Positions 13,450-23,690 of a stretch of DNA of 64,000 nucleotides are shown one piece after another; within the stretch, counting starts at the first letter, position 1, and each line of letters opens with the position of its first letter. Origin of the DNA: Phoronis australis. Taxonomy: Eukaryota > Animalia > Phoronida. The notes beneath the pieces are model-generated. The model saw only the letters and a list, made by a program, of their open reading frames with translations, was not told the origin of the DNA and ran no database searches. The DNA lies in assembly GCA_002633005.1 (NCBI GenBank), contig NMRA01000441.1, forward strand, positions 124,001 to 188,000. Direction: 5' to 3'. The position numbers and the translations under genes are program-made.

Positions 13450-16400
13450 TCACCAAAATTTTGCGTTATTAAAAGCAATCACATACCAAGGATCTTCGTT
13501 CGATTCCTCCATTATTGTCGCCTTGTTCCCGGTGTCAGGGCCACAACGGGGGAAATTTCGTTGGAGATGAGCAGTGATTTCCTGAAAGCGCATCCCATTT
13601 GCAGAACTGCTAATAGAAATCCCATCAAAAATCTTCTTGAGAGTCATTCCAAAATGCTTTAGCTCAAATAGGTCCTGCTGAAGCTGCATAACGTGTTCGG
13701 TAGTCGTGCTTTCGAGGCCCTCGGCGATGGCTGCATCTAGAGCCAGCTTTTCTTTTTCATACTCCGACTTAAGTTGTCTTAGACGAGACAGAAATCCATT
13801 ATTTCGAAAGCTCTCGGCTTGGTTTTCCTCTTGCTTTATGACTATATCCAGATAATCGCCGACTGCGTCATTATAGGCGATTATGGCGTTCTCTTTCAGA
13901 AACGCGCCGTATTTAGCGCAAACTTTCATTATAGTTGTTTCCTCGTTTTGCAGCTCATTGACTTTGCATTCGATGCTTTGTTTGAAGGCTTCTTTTTGCT
14001 CAGTTGCAGATTTTTTGCTCAAAATTTCCTTCTGTACCTCCTCGTCAACGAAGACCTTCTCCACTTTGTCTAGAGTGTACGTTTGGTGCATGTGATACGA
14101 ATATTGGTGGTGGCAACGTGTGCATGATAGACCGCTGATACACTCGCAAAACAACAGTCGCCAGTTGTTAGTTAACTCTGTTGATATTCCTCTCAAGGTG
14201 CAGTGATCGTGACAAACTGCTTTGTAACCAACTGAATGTGTCTTGCCTAGACCTACCCTGACTCTGATGATGCAGTTTGGATGGGCACACACTGTTCTCG
14301 GATATGGCAATTCGTTGCGAACGATGTCAACTCCTTTGAAGTGCAAGCTCTTGTGAAGCTTTGACATGTCATTGTTTTGCACATCTATCTGTTGTTTTAC
14401 TTCATTTGCAGCTTGCACATTTTCCTGGATGGTCTTTGCGACTTCTGCCATGGGTTTGCTCATCGCCACGATCACGCGTCGTGCCTCATTCATGCTGATT
14501 GTGTTTCTTACTTTGTGTGGTGGCATCTGGTTTATTTTCTCGAACATTCTGTTGATTTCTTTCGCCGCTCTGTTCCAACTCGTTGCATATGTCTTGATCT
14601 CCTCATCACTGAAAACGATTCCGTTATGAATGCAAGCCAAAAATCTGAATGGCTCGTTATCAAAGCAATAGTAATTGTCTGGTGTTGCCTTGATTCCAGT
14701 GCCTCTACTGTCTAGCATCTTGTTTAATGCTGGAAGTGTGTCGCCAGGTTTGTAGAATGTCCCACGAGCGTTAGTGAAACAGAAAACAATGTTGCTCTTG
14801 ACAGAATTGTGCAAGCGTGCTAAAAGTTCTTGGATACAAAATCTGAACATTGCCGTCAACCTGGAGTTGTTGGGTTTCAACAGAATACAAACTGCGTGGA
14901 TTTCTTGGTAATGACTTAAGAAGGAAAGAACGTGGTCAAAATTCTTCCTGTCTTGGTCTAGCCCTCTAATGTCCCCGATGCCTGGAGTATCGATCAAGCT
15001 AATCTTTTTATCACCGACAGGAAACACATATGACTGTGCCTGTTGAGTGGCAGAGTGTCCAGTTTGCTGAATTTCGTTGTCACTTGGTTCACCAATGCTT
15101 ACTTCTACAGATGTTCCGTCATCTTTTGTGAATCTGAATTTGGAAGGAATTAAAACTAATTCTTCTTTGGCTTCCGTGGCTTCATTCAAATCTGCAAATG
15201 ACAAGTAGTTGTATATAGCATTTATCCATGTCGATTTTCCGACACCTGTTTCTCCCAAAACTAGAATATTCGTTTCTTTAATGGCTGGCAATGACGACAA
15301 CTCCTGGAGCAGTAAGTCATGTGGGTAATTCACGTAGTCGGTTCCATGGGCACTTTCGTTACATCGGAATGTAGAAGCTGCCAAGACGTACTCCCCACAC
15401 TTGCAGTAGAAATTTAAAGTCTTCAAACCATATTCAACAATGTTTTTGCACTTGAGACATGTCCACATTACAGGGTTGCCAGAGCATTGGCCATTTGGAC
15501 ATCGAATTTTCACGTAGGCTATCTCAGCCGGCTTTTGCTGGTATGGTTGAGTTTTACTGTGCTTGATAACACACATCTCATTCCTTCTCACTTCTTCGTC
15601 GTAAAAGTCACTACAGGTCTTGACGCCGTCGGTATACACTACAATCACAGGTCTTCCTTCTTCAGCCCACAAGTCAGCTGTAACTGCCTCGTCAATTACT
15701 TTAAAAACAGCTTCGCCCTTTCCGTAAGTCTTCTGGTAACGTAAGAAGAAATTTTGAGTCTGAGATGCTATTTCGTTGTCTTCTCTAGGTCTGTAAAAGA
15801 CGTACATTGTGAACATGTCATTTGCAACAAATCGATCATTCTTTCCCAGGTAAACAATACCTCTAGCCTTCCAAGCATCCATGTCCTTCAACCTATTAAA
15901 GTCCTCGTCAAATTCTCTTAACTGAGCTTCATGCAGTGACCCTGGGCTGTTCTCCGTAGAGTATTTACAAAGTAATCCTTTTAATTGTGACAAGTCGGCT
16001 TTCTGGTGGCGAATTTCTTTTGTAAGTTTTTGAAGCTCTGATCTAAACGCAGTTGTTTCAGCGAACATCTCGTCTACGTATTTATCAATGGTACGAAGAG
16101 TTTCATCCGATACGTAATTGCTCTGGCAGTGCAAATCCACTTGGATATCACGGAGACGTTGCCTTTTTTCTGTTAAGTTTTCGACTACTTCTGTAGTTGT
16201 CTTGACGGTGTCGTCATCAATAGCCCTAAGGTTTATTTCTAATGAAATCGGTGGTTTGCAGATCTTAGCAAAAACATCGAGTGGCAACAACATGTAGCAA
16301 AGAGGGACACCCTTACCACCGTCTGTGCTCGTTACTTGACTCTGCATGGATTTGGCAAGTCGGAAGGCATCTTCAAACGTACTTGGAAGATTGTGATGGG

Positions 16401-16965
16401 ATGAAAAGACGTCAGATTTGCATTTAAATGTAAATTTTGTGATGTTGTTGTCATCGTCGCCTGCGTAATCCGCCACTGTTGATTCCTTTGCACTGACAAG
16501 GCATTTTAGCTTTTCCAATTGGGCTTGTAAGGCTTTTTTCAACACGGCCTCGTCTTCATTTTCTGAGTTTTTATACTCGCACGTTATGCAGCAGAACGCT
16601 CCCCACTCAATTCCAACGACGACATGGGTTGCTGGATTTCCCCAATCTTTTATTGATCTCAAAAGCGCTGTGTTAATTTCACATCCGATTTCTCCAAGCA
16701 AGAGGTTTTCGCAAATGGTGCGGATCTTGTATATCATAGTCATGCTTACAGACCTGGCACTTATTTTTACGTCGTCCAGATAAGCTCCCGAGCCGCTCAG
16801 CTTCACCAAGCCAGCTAGCACGCTTGCTTGGAGTTCCGTTTCGATACCAAGTTTCTTGAATTTGTCTGGTATGTTGTCTGACATGACAAGTTCAAAGGAT
16901 GCGTCATCCAAATCCTCTTTGCGTATACTGGCATCACCAATTTTGGACTCGAACAAAGTGTCAAA
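13450..16965 (-). CDS. Large coding exon (exon 2) of a stonustoxin-like MACPF/CDC + Cys/His module + P-loop GTPase fusion protein
   Basis: Open frame of 3516 nt starting after the acceptor ttttgcccttttcag|TTT (phase 0). SNTX-like motifs: ASVLAGLVKLSGSGAYL, ATHVVVGIEWGA, GVPLCYMLLPL, PVIVVYTDG..DF. GTPase motifs: NILVLGETGVGKST (G1), LIDTPG (G3), FCFTNAR (G4-like). Cys-rich segments flank the GTPase. Confidence 0.9.
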   Translation of the reverse strand, partial: FDTLFESKIGDASIRKEDLDDASFELVMSDNIPDKFKKLGIETELQASVLAGLVKLSGSGAYLDDVKISARSVSMTMIYKIRTICENLLLGEIGCEINTALLRSIKDWGNPATHVVVGIEWGAFCCITCEYKNSENEDEAVLKKALQAQLEKLKCLVSAKESTVADYAGDDDNNITKFTFKCKSDVFSSHHNLPSTFEDAFRLAKSMQSQVTSTDGGKGVPLCYMLLPLDVFAKICKPPISLEINLRAIDDDTVKTTTEVVENLTEKRQRLRDIQVDLHCQSNYVSDETLRTIDKYVDEMFAETTAFRSELQKLTKEIRHQKADLSQLKGLLCKYSTENSPGSLHEAQLREFDEDFNRLKDMDAWKARGIVYLGKNDRFVANDMFTMYVFYRPREDNEIASQTQNFFLRYQKTYGKGEAVFKVIDEAVTADLWAEEGRPVIVVYTDGVKTCSDFYDEEVRRNEMCVIKHSKTQPYQQKPAEIAYVKIRCPNGQCSGNPVMWTCLKCKNIVEYGLKTLNFYCKCGEYVLAASTFRCNESAHGTDYVNYPHDLLLQELSSLPAIKETNILVLGETGVGKSTWINAIYNYLSFADLNEATEAKEELVLIPSKFRFTKDDGTSVEVSIGEPSDNEIQQTGHSATQQAQSYVFPVGDKKISLIDTPGIGDIRGLDQDRKNFDHVLSFLSHYQEIHAVCILLKPNNSRLTAMFRFCIQELLARLHNSVKSNIVFCFTNARGTFYKPGDTLPALNKMLDSRGTGIKATPDNYYCFDNEPFRFLACIHNGIVFSDEEIKTYATSWNRAAKEINRMFEKINQMPPHKVRNTISMNEARRVIVAMSKPMAEVAKTIQENVQAANEVKQQIDVQNNDMSKLHKSLHFKGVDIVRNELPYPRTVCAHPNCIIRVRVGLGKTHSVGYKAVCHDHCTLRGISTELTNNWRLLFCECISGLSCTRCHHQYSYHMHQTYTLDKVEKVFVDEEVQKEILSKKSATEQKEAFKQSIECKVNELQNEETTIMKVCAKYGAFLKENAIIAYNDAVGDYLDIVIKQEENQAESFRNNGFLSRLRQLKSEYEKEKLALDAAIAEGLESTTTEHVMQLQQDLFELKHFGMTLKKIFDGISISSSANGMRFQEITAHLQRNFPRCGPDTGNKATIMEESNEDPWYVIAFNNAKFW

Positions 16966-18131
16966 CTGAAAAGGGCAAAACATGTTCGTAATATGTACTG
17001 GCACCGCAGGAGCAAGGAAACACTTAACACTAGCAGCATTTAACTAGCATTTCCGGCATTGCAACATTTAACACTAAAACTAAATGTTGATGCATTGTTG
17101 TCCAATAACATGGTACAAGTGCCTGTTATCAACAAACTATACCTCCGAGAATTCCGTTGACAGTTTATGGAGTGGCTCAATTTTCTAATTCGTGTCTACA
17201 AAGTTTTTTGACACGTTTCAGATTGCGTAGACAGCATTACATCAACATGGATTAATGTAGACAGGGCACTGAGCACCATCGTATAGAGGGCTATATCTTT
17301 ACACGAAATCAACGTTTCATTCACAAACATGGTGCAGGCGATAATTTTGTAGAGGTTGCATGCCTAAAAGAAGGACAATTGAATGTTTGGCCAAACTGCA
17401 GGAGACAGGAACTGTATTAAATGCCAATTGAAGGTCACAGCGATCGTCCTCTTTCAGCCAGAAGTTTCCCATCTGGGATTGTTGTCGTTCCACAGGTCCT
17501 ATTCCATTGTTGTTTTCAGTCCAAAGAGTGATATTCTAGACGTATTCCATTTTGCTCGTCTGTCCATCTCTTTAATGCCACCTTCGCTGCTGATGACCTA
17601 GAGATGTCAATTTCTTGTGACAGGCGACGAGTTGATTTACCAGAGGAGTTCTCAATTAAGTCATGACCACGACGTCTGAATGTGGGTGGGAGTTATGGGT
17701 GAAAAAAGGTCGATCTGTGACATTCATTTATATTTCCTACACTTTCTCTTTACTGAAAGTTGCCCACCAAACATTAATTTGACCACCTACCAACCTGACA
17801 TATTGTTCTTGCCAAAATCTACCTTGCATTGCCTTTATGTCAGAAACACCGTTTTGTGGAAAAGTAGGGCTCGTATTTTGTTTTCTGTTCCTTTAAGGCA
17901 AGGGCTTAAGTGAATCACTTTCGTGTCAAAGGAATTTGTCAGACCTGCTGTCTACACAACAAATTGAAAGAAGTCGAAGCATTCATTTATGGAGAACTAT
18001 CAAAAGAGCCTTTTGGGCCATCCTACATGTTCTCGAGTACCCGGGCATGCTTCTTATTCTGTTCAAGATTTGATGAAATCAGCATTTGATTCAATCTGTA
18101 AATTACAATGAAAATGTGTGTTACTTTGCTC

Positions 18132-18315
18132 TGAGTCACATGACCTGAGTCACATAACCTTCGGTTTAAACTTCGAAGGTCTGCACAAATTGTGTCAGTT
18201 TCAGGCTTGCAACTGTTTGTGCAGTTGCTATAGTTTGTGGACTAAGACCCCTAAAACTGAACCCCGCCTGAAAACATAAGTATTTACATGTAGTTTTGCA
18301 AATGGCTATGAGTCA
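18132..18315. promoter_or_regulatory. Cluster of three AP-1 consensus sites (TGAGTCA) in the coding intron of the toxin-like GTPase gene
   Basis: TGAGTCA at 18132, 18146 (tandem ctgagtcacat duplication) and 18309. Motif match only. Confidence 0.25.
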
Positions 18316-18323
18316 ATATTTAC

Positions 18324-18410
18324 CACGAAACTTTCGGTCCTGGCGTCATACAGAGAACCAATCGTTCCTGGCCTTCCAAGAGCAGCTCTGGTGACCACCG
18401 ACTGGAACAT
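18324..18410 (-). CDS. First coding exon of the stonustoxin-like GTPase gene (MFQSVVTRAALGRPGTIGSLYDARTESFV)
   Basis: Hand translation matches the stonustoxin N-terminal signature ALGRP..LG.LYDAR. Acceptor ctgtttacag| at 18421, ATG at 18410, phase-0 donor GTG|gtaaat at 18323, which joins in frame to the exon at 16965. Confidence 0.88.
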
Positions 18411-19855
18411 GTCGTGAGAGCTGTAAACAGCAAAGGCATCGTTGCATACACTGTGCTGGTTTGCTCACGGCCACTTGAACTATAACATCCGTGCTTCGTT
18501 TGTTACAGCACGAATCATAAAATACCAAGCATTACCAATATATCCCCGACCGTTTTTTTTCACAGGTTTGCAGTGATGTGTACCAGTGACATTATGTCAA
18601 GGGTAAACTGAATCTTGATTTTATTATCAAGAAGTGTTAAGCGAACCCTCAAGCTGTTAAAAAAGGCTAGATAGCAAATTTGTGAGTACATGTTGGAGAA
18701 TTTCAAGTTTCAGTGTGCTTGAAATCGTACTCGAAAATAAATACGAGCCAGAGAACTAAATATCTAAAGGGAACCAAGAAACACAGCAAATCTAAAAAAA
18801 TAAGTCCTCTTACCGTATCTCAACACTTCAATTTCAGTTCAGAGATAATAGTTTTCATCTTAAATCTTCTTATTCTTCACCTTATTAACACGTCGTATCA
18901 TTGTTATGGCCGCCATTCTACCTCTACAATTCCTGGCAACAGGCGCATCGTAATCCCTTGTCGGCGTGTCATAACAAGCGTCGAAAGCAGTTGTGGGAAA
19001 AGTCGTGTGAGAAGTTTGTGCTGCCCTTATTTCGGTATGTGTGTCTACGTTTTGTAGGGTTTCCAAATGGCGACGAGGGGAGGGAAGTTCAAAAAAACTT
19101 CGCTTCTCTGTCAGGTACATTTCTCATCATAACTTAGTCATTTATAATTCCTCAATCCCCAAATGGAATTTCAGATTTTGTTTGCCGATTTCTAAGTAGA
19201 CGTCTCGTCCCGTTCACTGCCACTGGTGAACTCTGAATGCCTGCACAAGTATTGTTTTTTAACTCACGTGCCAAATGTCAACTCACTTGATACAACCTGG
19301 TAAAATACGAAGATACAGTATCAAAGTTTGACATCAGCGTAAGCCTACACAGCAATGGGTTTTATGTCGAGACTAAATTAGCAACAGAGATGTGATGTGA
19401 TAAGCTGCTACAAATTTCTTAAGACATTTTCGGGACTGGGTGAGGAACTCAAGAAGTAAAGCTTAATAATTGCCAAATGTATCAAAGAAATGGCATAAGA
19501 ATATTTATTGAAACTAAAAAATGAATAATAGTTACAGAACACTCAGAATTCCACGTTATAGACATACTCTTGTAGTTGTAGCGACAGCAGACGATAATGT
19601 AGGCCTAGTTCTTGGGGGTGGTCTATTCCAATAGGAAGCGATAAATCAGCGCGGCTTTGCGTGATTTTGCATTTCACATCACAAAGAGTTCCATAGCAAC
19701 TCGAGTATGAGTGTCAGATTTGAGTACGTTTGGAGTCTACTCGAAATACGACATTAGATACGCTTTTTTGAGTACAACTCCAGTGAGCACGATTTTGAGT
19801 ATGAAATCTCGAGTATGAGTATGAGTCTGAGTACGGAGATTGGAGACCGTTCCCT

Positions 19856-21275
19856 GATTTAATTAGTCTTTTTACCGTATTAATCGGTCTATATCTACAT
19901 CGCCTCTTATACGGGGGCATTTAGTCGGCAGAGATTTCTCTGACGAATTCCGGCTTACCAAAGAACTATACATACGTTCCGTTGCCTGTGCATGTTCACG
20001 GCGCCTCCCTAGTATTTCTTGAGTATTCCGGTTCGAACTGATAGCTTGTGAAACCTAATGACCCGCCATCCGTGAAGTCTTCGTCGGATGAGCCAATCCC
20101 GACTTAGTCAAGTTGACTAAGTCGGGATTGGCACCGGGCGAGTTGCCACGTAGGTCTACTAGACGTTTGTTATTCTGCGTTCTGTTTCAAAATGAATTAC
20201 TCTCATCCTAACCAATACTTATATAAAACTGAAACAAAGTCTGTCTCGTAAGATACAATTTGTATTGCCTTTGCAGTATTCGTGAGTGCAAATGTTGAGA
20301 AGCCAGCAAAGAATAAACCATTGCGTTCTATAAAGGCAGTTGACCGCGCACCGAGGCCGTGTGAGCGCATGCTTACTGACAGAAAACTGTTGTAAAACAA
20401 TTACTTGATTTTATATGCTATGGTCACAGGTTAGGGGAATCTTTATTTAGAAATAAAAATACATTATCCAAATCATTGTTACTGCACAACCTTTGCCCTG
20501 CCGGTCTGTGGAAGGGGAACCTGACTTCGCGGCCCCCGACAAGTAAGTAGATTTTCAGTTTCGTGGCTAATTCACATAAATAATTACGTGCACATTATTT
20601 TTTTGGTTCACTATCATAGTCTTTTCGTGACTGGAGGTTTAGTTTCCAACTCAAGCTGGTTTATATTCGTGACAGTCCTGGCGGCCGCGACGGGCCTGAT
20701 CGGGTTCCGTGCCACTGGCCTGGATAACGAGTCAGTTCTGCCGCGACGGGCCTAATCGGGTTCGGAGCCACTGTCCGGGATAACAAGCGTTTTGTGTGTT
20801 TAAAACTCAACTGAAAAATCACAAGTCTAAACAACACATCTAGGTTCTCCTGTCTGCATTTCACGGAAGAATACTTCGAATTTATCTCCGAACAGACCCC
20901 AAACTCCTGCTACGGACTTTGGTAAATTGGCCTGCGCAACTTTGTAGGCTACCGGGTGTCCAAATACCAATAAATCCGTAACAACGAAATAAAACAACAC
21001 GTTTTTATAAGAACTCGGTGTATTTTTAAGGGTTTTACATCGAAGTTTGATGATTTATTGGTGTTAAACGATGAATTCAAGCGATAAGCTGACACAGTAA
21101 CGAGTGTTGTGAACTGCTGAACAGACTGCGTGTGAAACCAATGACGTCATTGGATAATTTCAACACCTCTGTCTGCCGTCAGGTGTCAGGTAGCGCAAAC
21201 GAACGTGCCGTTATCGAGTGGAACTACTCGATCTAAATTGATACAAAATAGGTGGTTTTTGGGGTAGCATTCTCT
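19856..21275. mobile_element. Kolobok-like non-autonomous element, inverted and more deleted copy of 48791-50465
   Basis: Reverse-complement similarity along its length (e.g. aagggttttacatcgaagtttgatgatttattggtg vs caccaataaatcatcaaacttcgatgtaaaaccctt). It lacks the THAP segment, and its left end abuts a Harbinger-like MITE end at ~19700-19855. Confidence 0.7.
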
Positions 21276-22899
21276 TATAACTTGTAAAAACCGCTTACGC
21301 GCTAACAACTGACACAACTGGAATTACATGGTACAGTAACATCACGTGTCGATCGAGCTGGCTAACATAGAAACTCGGCTATATACATGTAGCTATAAGT
21401 TTTGTTAGTCTCGGATGGATAGAAAAATCAGGCATTTTAAACGTTTTGCATTTGGACGTGCATGCATAATGATTAATAAAACAGTCCTATCTTAATTTTA
21501 GTACATAACGAATAATTTACGAATTTTAGTACGGCGGCCTTGTAAATTATGTTAGGTCTCGGATTCGGGAATACAATGTAGTCTCAAAAGATCTCACCAA
21601 ATCACCTTTCTCCATGTTTTTTGTTAATAAGACGAGTCTTGTTCATAAGAGTACACAGGAAATGTACATGAATGAAGTGAACTAGTTTACGCGTAGGGTA
21701 GCTCAGTGAAGATACAATTCCTAGTTTGTATCATCAAATACCCAGAAACGTATAACCCTCATAAAACGGACCAACGTAATAGAATTAATTGAGGTATGAA
21801 GGAATTAATACCTCGCACAAAAGTATTTGTCCCCTCTGAGCTAAGCTGATAAGTTGCTGAGCTTCAGTATAAAAACTGTTATAGGTAATCGTACTGAAAT
21901 GAATTAATTCCGGCATTAAACAGAATTAATGGTGATATGGAAAAATGCATTAGAATTAATGGGGGAATACAATCTCCAGCTGTATATCCTTACCCAAAAT
22001 TAATTGCTGGACGGCAATTTGTTCTTCACTGGTCCCAGGACCAGCGCGGGGCAACCAAAGTGACCCGCTGGGCTCATTCACTTAACGCTTCCTCTCCCAT
22101 GGCATTTTGCAATAGCAATAGCAAAAGCTGGAGACACAAGAGACTGGTATCAGTAATACCTCTGTCTCTGTATAAAACTGACACCAAGGACAGCTGAGAT
22201 GTGTACTTTAAAGCCGTCATCCGCCTTCCGCTTCTGCTTTTGATTAAGACTGCAAACCGTTATGAAATTGGTCTCAATTTGTTTTTTATCAAAATAGATG
22301 TGATTTCTAGGCATAGGAAGACTTGACAGTCCGTTATTGCTTGAGACCTGACTCTGCAGTTTAACTTGTCACAGTCATTTCAGTCGCCAAGCATGGCCTC
22401 GTGCAATGGCGATCTGTCACTTCTCTGCAAGACCAAAAATCACTAATCTCAAGAACGAGAGCGCTCGGAGGAGCGACACTTGGCGGAACTAATCGAAAAG
22501 ACGACGATGAGGGAGACGACGACAATCAAGACGATCACGGCGGCAATTATGAATAAGACGATAACACGATAACATTCATGTGACTAGCGAAGAAATCAAA
22601 TAGAGAGCAGACAATCAACTACAATAAAGAACAATAGATAGCCCAGCATGACGGACGAGTCATGTCTGTTCCCACATTCTAAAATAGGTGGCGCTATGTG
22701 ACAGTCTGCAAAGCAAAGTTATGTTTACAAAAAGCATTTGCCCTGAAATTGTACAGTCTACAGAGAGCTATGCCACAGTAGGACACTGCTGGCTGAGTCA
22801 GTCTGGGTCAACTAGGCATAACCAAAACAAAGCCAGCCAGCTGCGTGACCGAATTGGAACAACGGTATCCGTAAATCTCGAATAAATCAAAAAGTAGAC

Positions 22900-23690
22900 G
22901 TTGTAGCGCAAAATGGAAAATATCTTCTGAAAGCCCGTTCTAAAGTGGTAGTTTGGCAAAAATCCAAAAAAATTTCGAGAAAATTGAAAATTTGCCGGTT
23001 TTTTTTTGAAATTCAAAGTCAAATAACTCGAACACGGTAAGTCTGAGAAATACGCTCTCGCATACTTTTTGAAAGGCCATACCTCAAGGAATCCACATGC
23101 AAAAATTCACGTCATTTGCTCTTCCCATAAAAAATGCGACAACACAGCGATTGAAACCGTGTGAACATGCTCCACAGCCGCCATCTTAGAAGTAACTTCC
23201 GGTCAGATAATTTTTTATAAAAGCTTATTAATCTCAACAAACACATGACCAGTTTGAATGTGATTGGTTTGCAATTGCGCCCTCTACAGGAGAAAACGTT
23301 TTTAGCCATATTTCGGGGTGCGCATGCGCCACGTCCAATATTTCCGCCATCTTTAACCGGAAGTCAACGATTTTCTGCACAACTGTAGCACATGCGTTGT
23401 AGTATAGTCGTACCGATTTTCAATCATGTAGCTTGAAAAATGCGGCCTCTACAAGCATTTGACTGTGAAATCGGATACAAAATGGCCGCCACGTCCACCA
23501 TTTTGTATCCGATCATGACTAAAAACAATAGGCTTTCATGACTTTTCGATCTACACGTTGTGTGCAAATTTCGTGAAAATCGGACGAAAATTGCGACCTG
23601 TAGAGTGCGAACAAAAAAAAACAAAAAAAAAAAAACTTGACGACAGAGCAACATACTTGTCGGAATTCGAAGAATTCCGCCAAGTAACAA
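22900..23690. mobile_element. Interspersed repeat ending in a stem-loop, possibly a Helentron-derived non-autonomous element
   Basis: Terminal hairpin acttgtcggaattc-gaa-gaattccgccaagt (~23655-23685) after an A-tract; left boundary uncertain. Confidence 0.35.

Noticed and set aside
16966-17004. ORF-track start MPVHITNMFCPFQ for the 1184-aa ORF
   Set aside because: It is a GTG start lying in an intron polypyrimidine/acceptor region; the true N-terminus is better explained by the exon at 18410-18324.
17380-17640. Possible extra exon or RTE-LINE tail inside the toxin-gene intron
   Set aside because: Stops in the minus-strand frames and only vague similarity; the flanking exons already join in frame.
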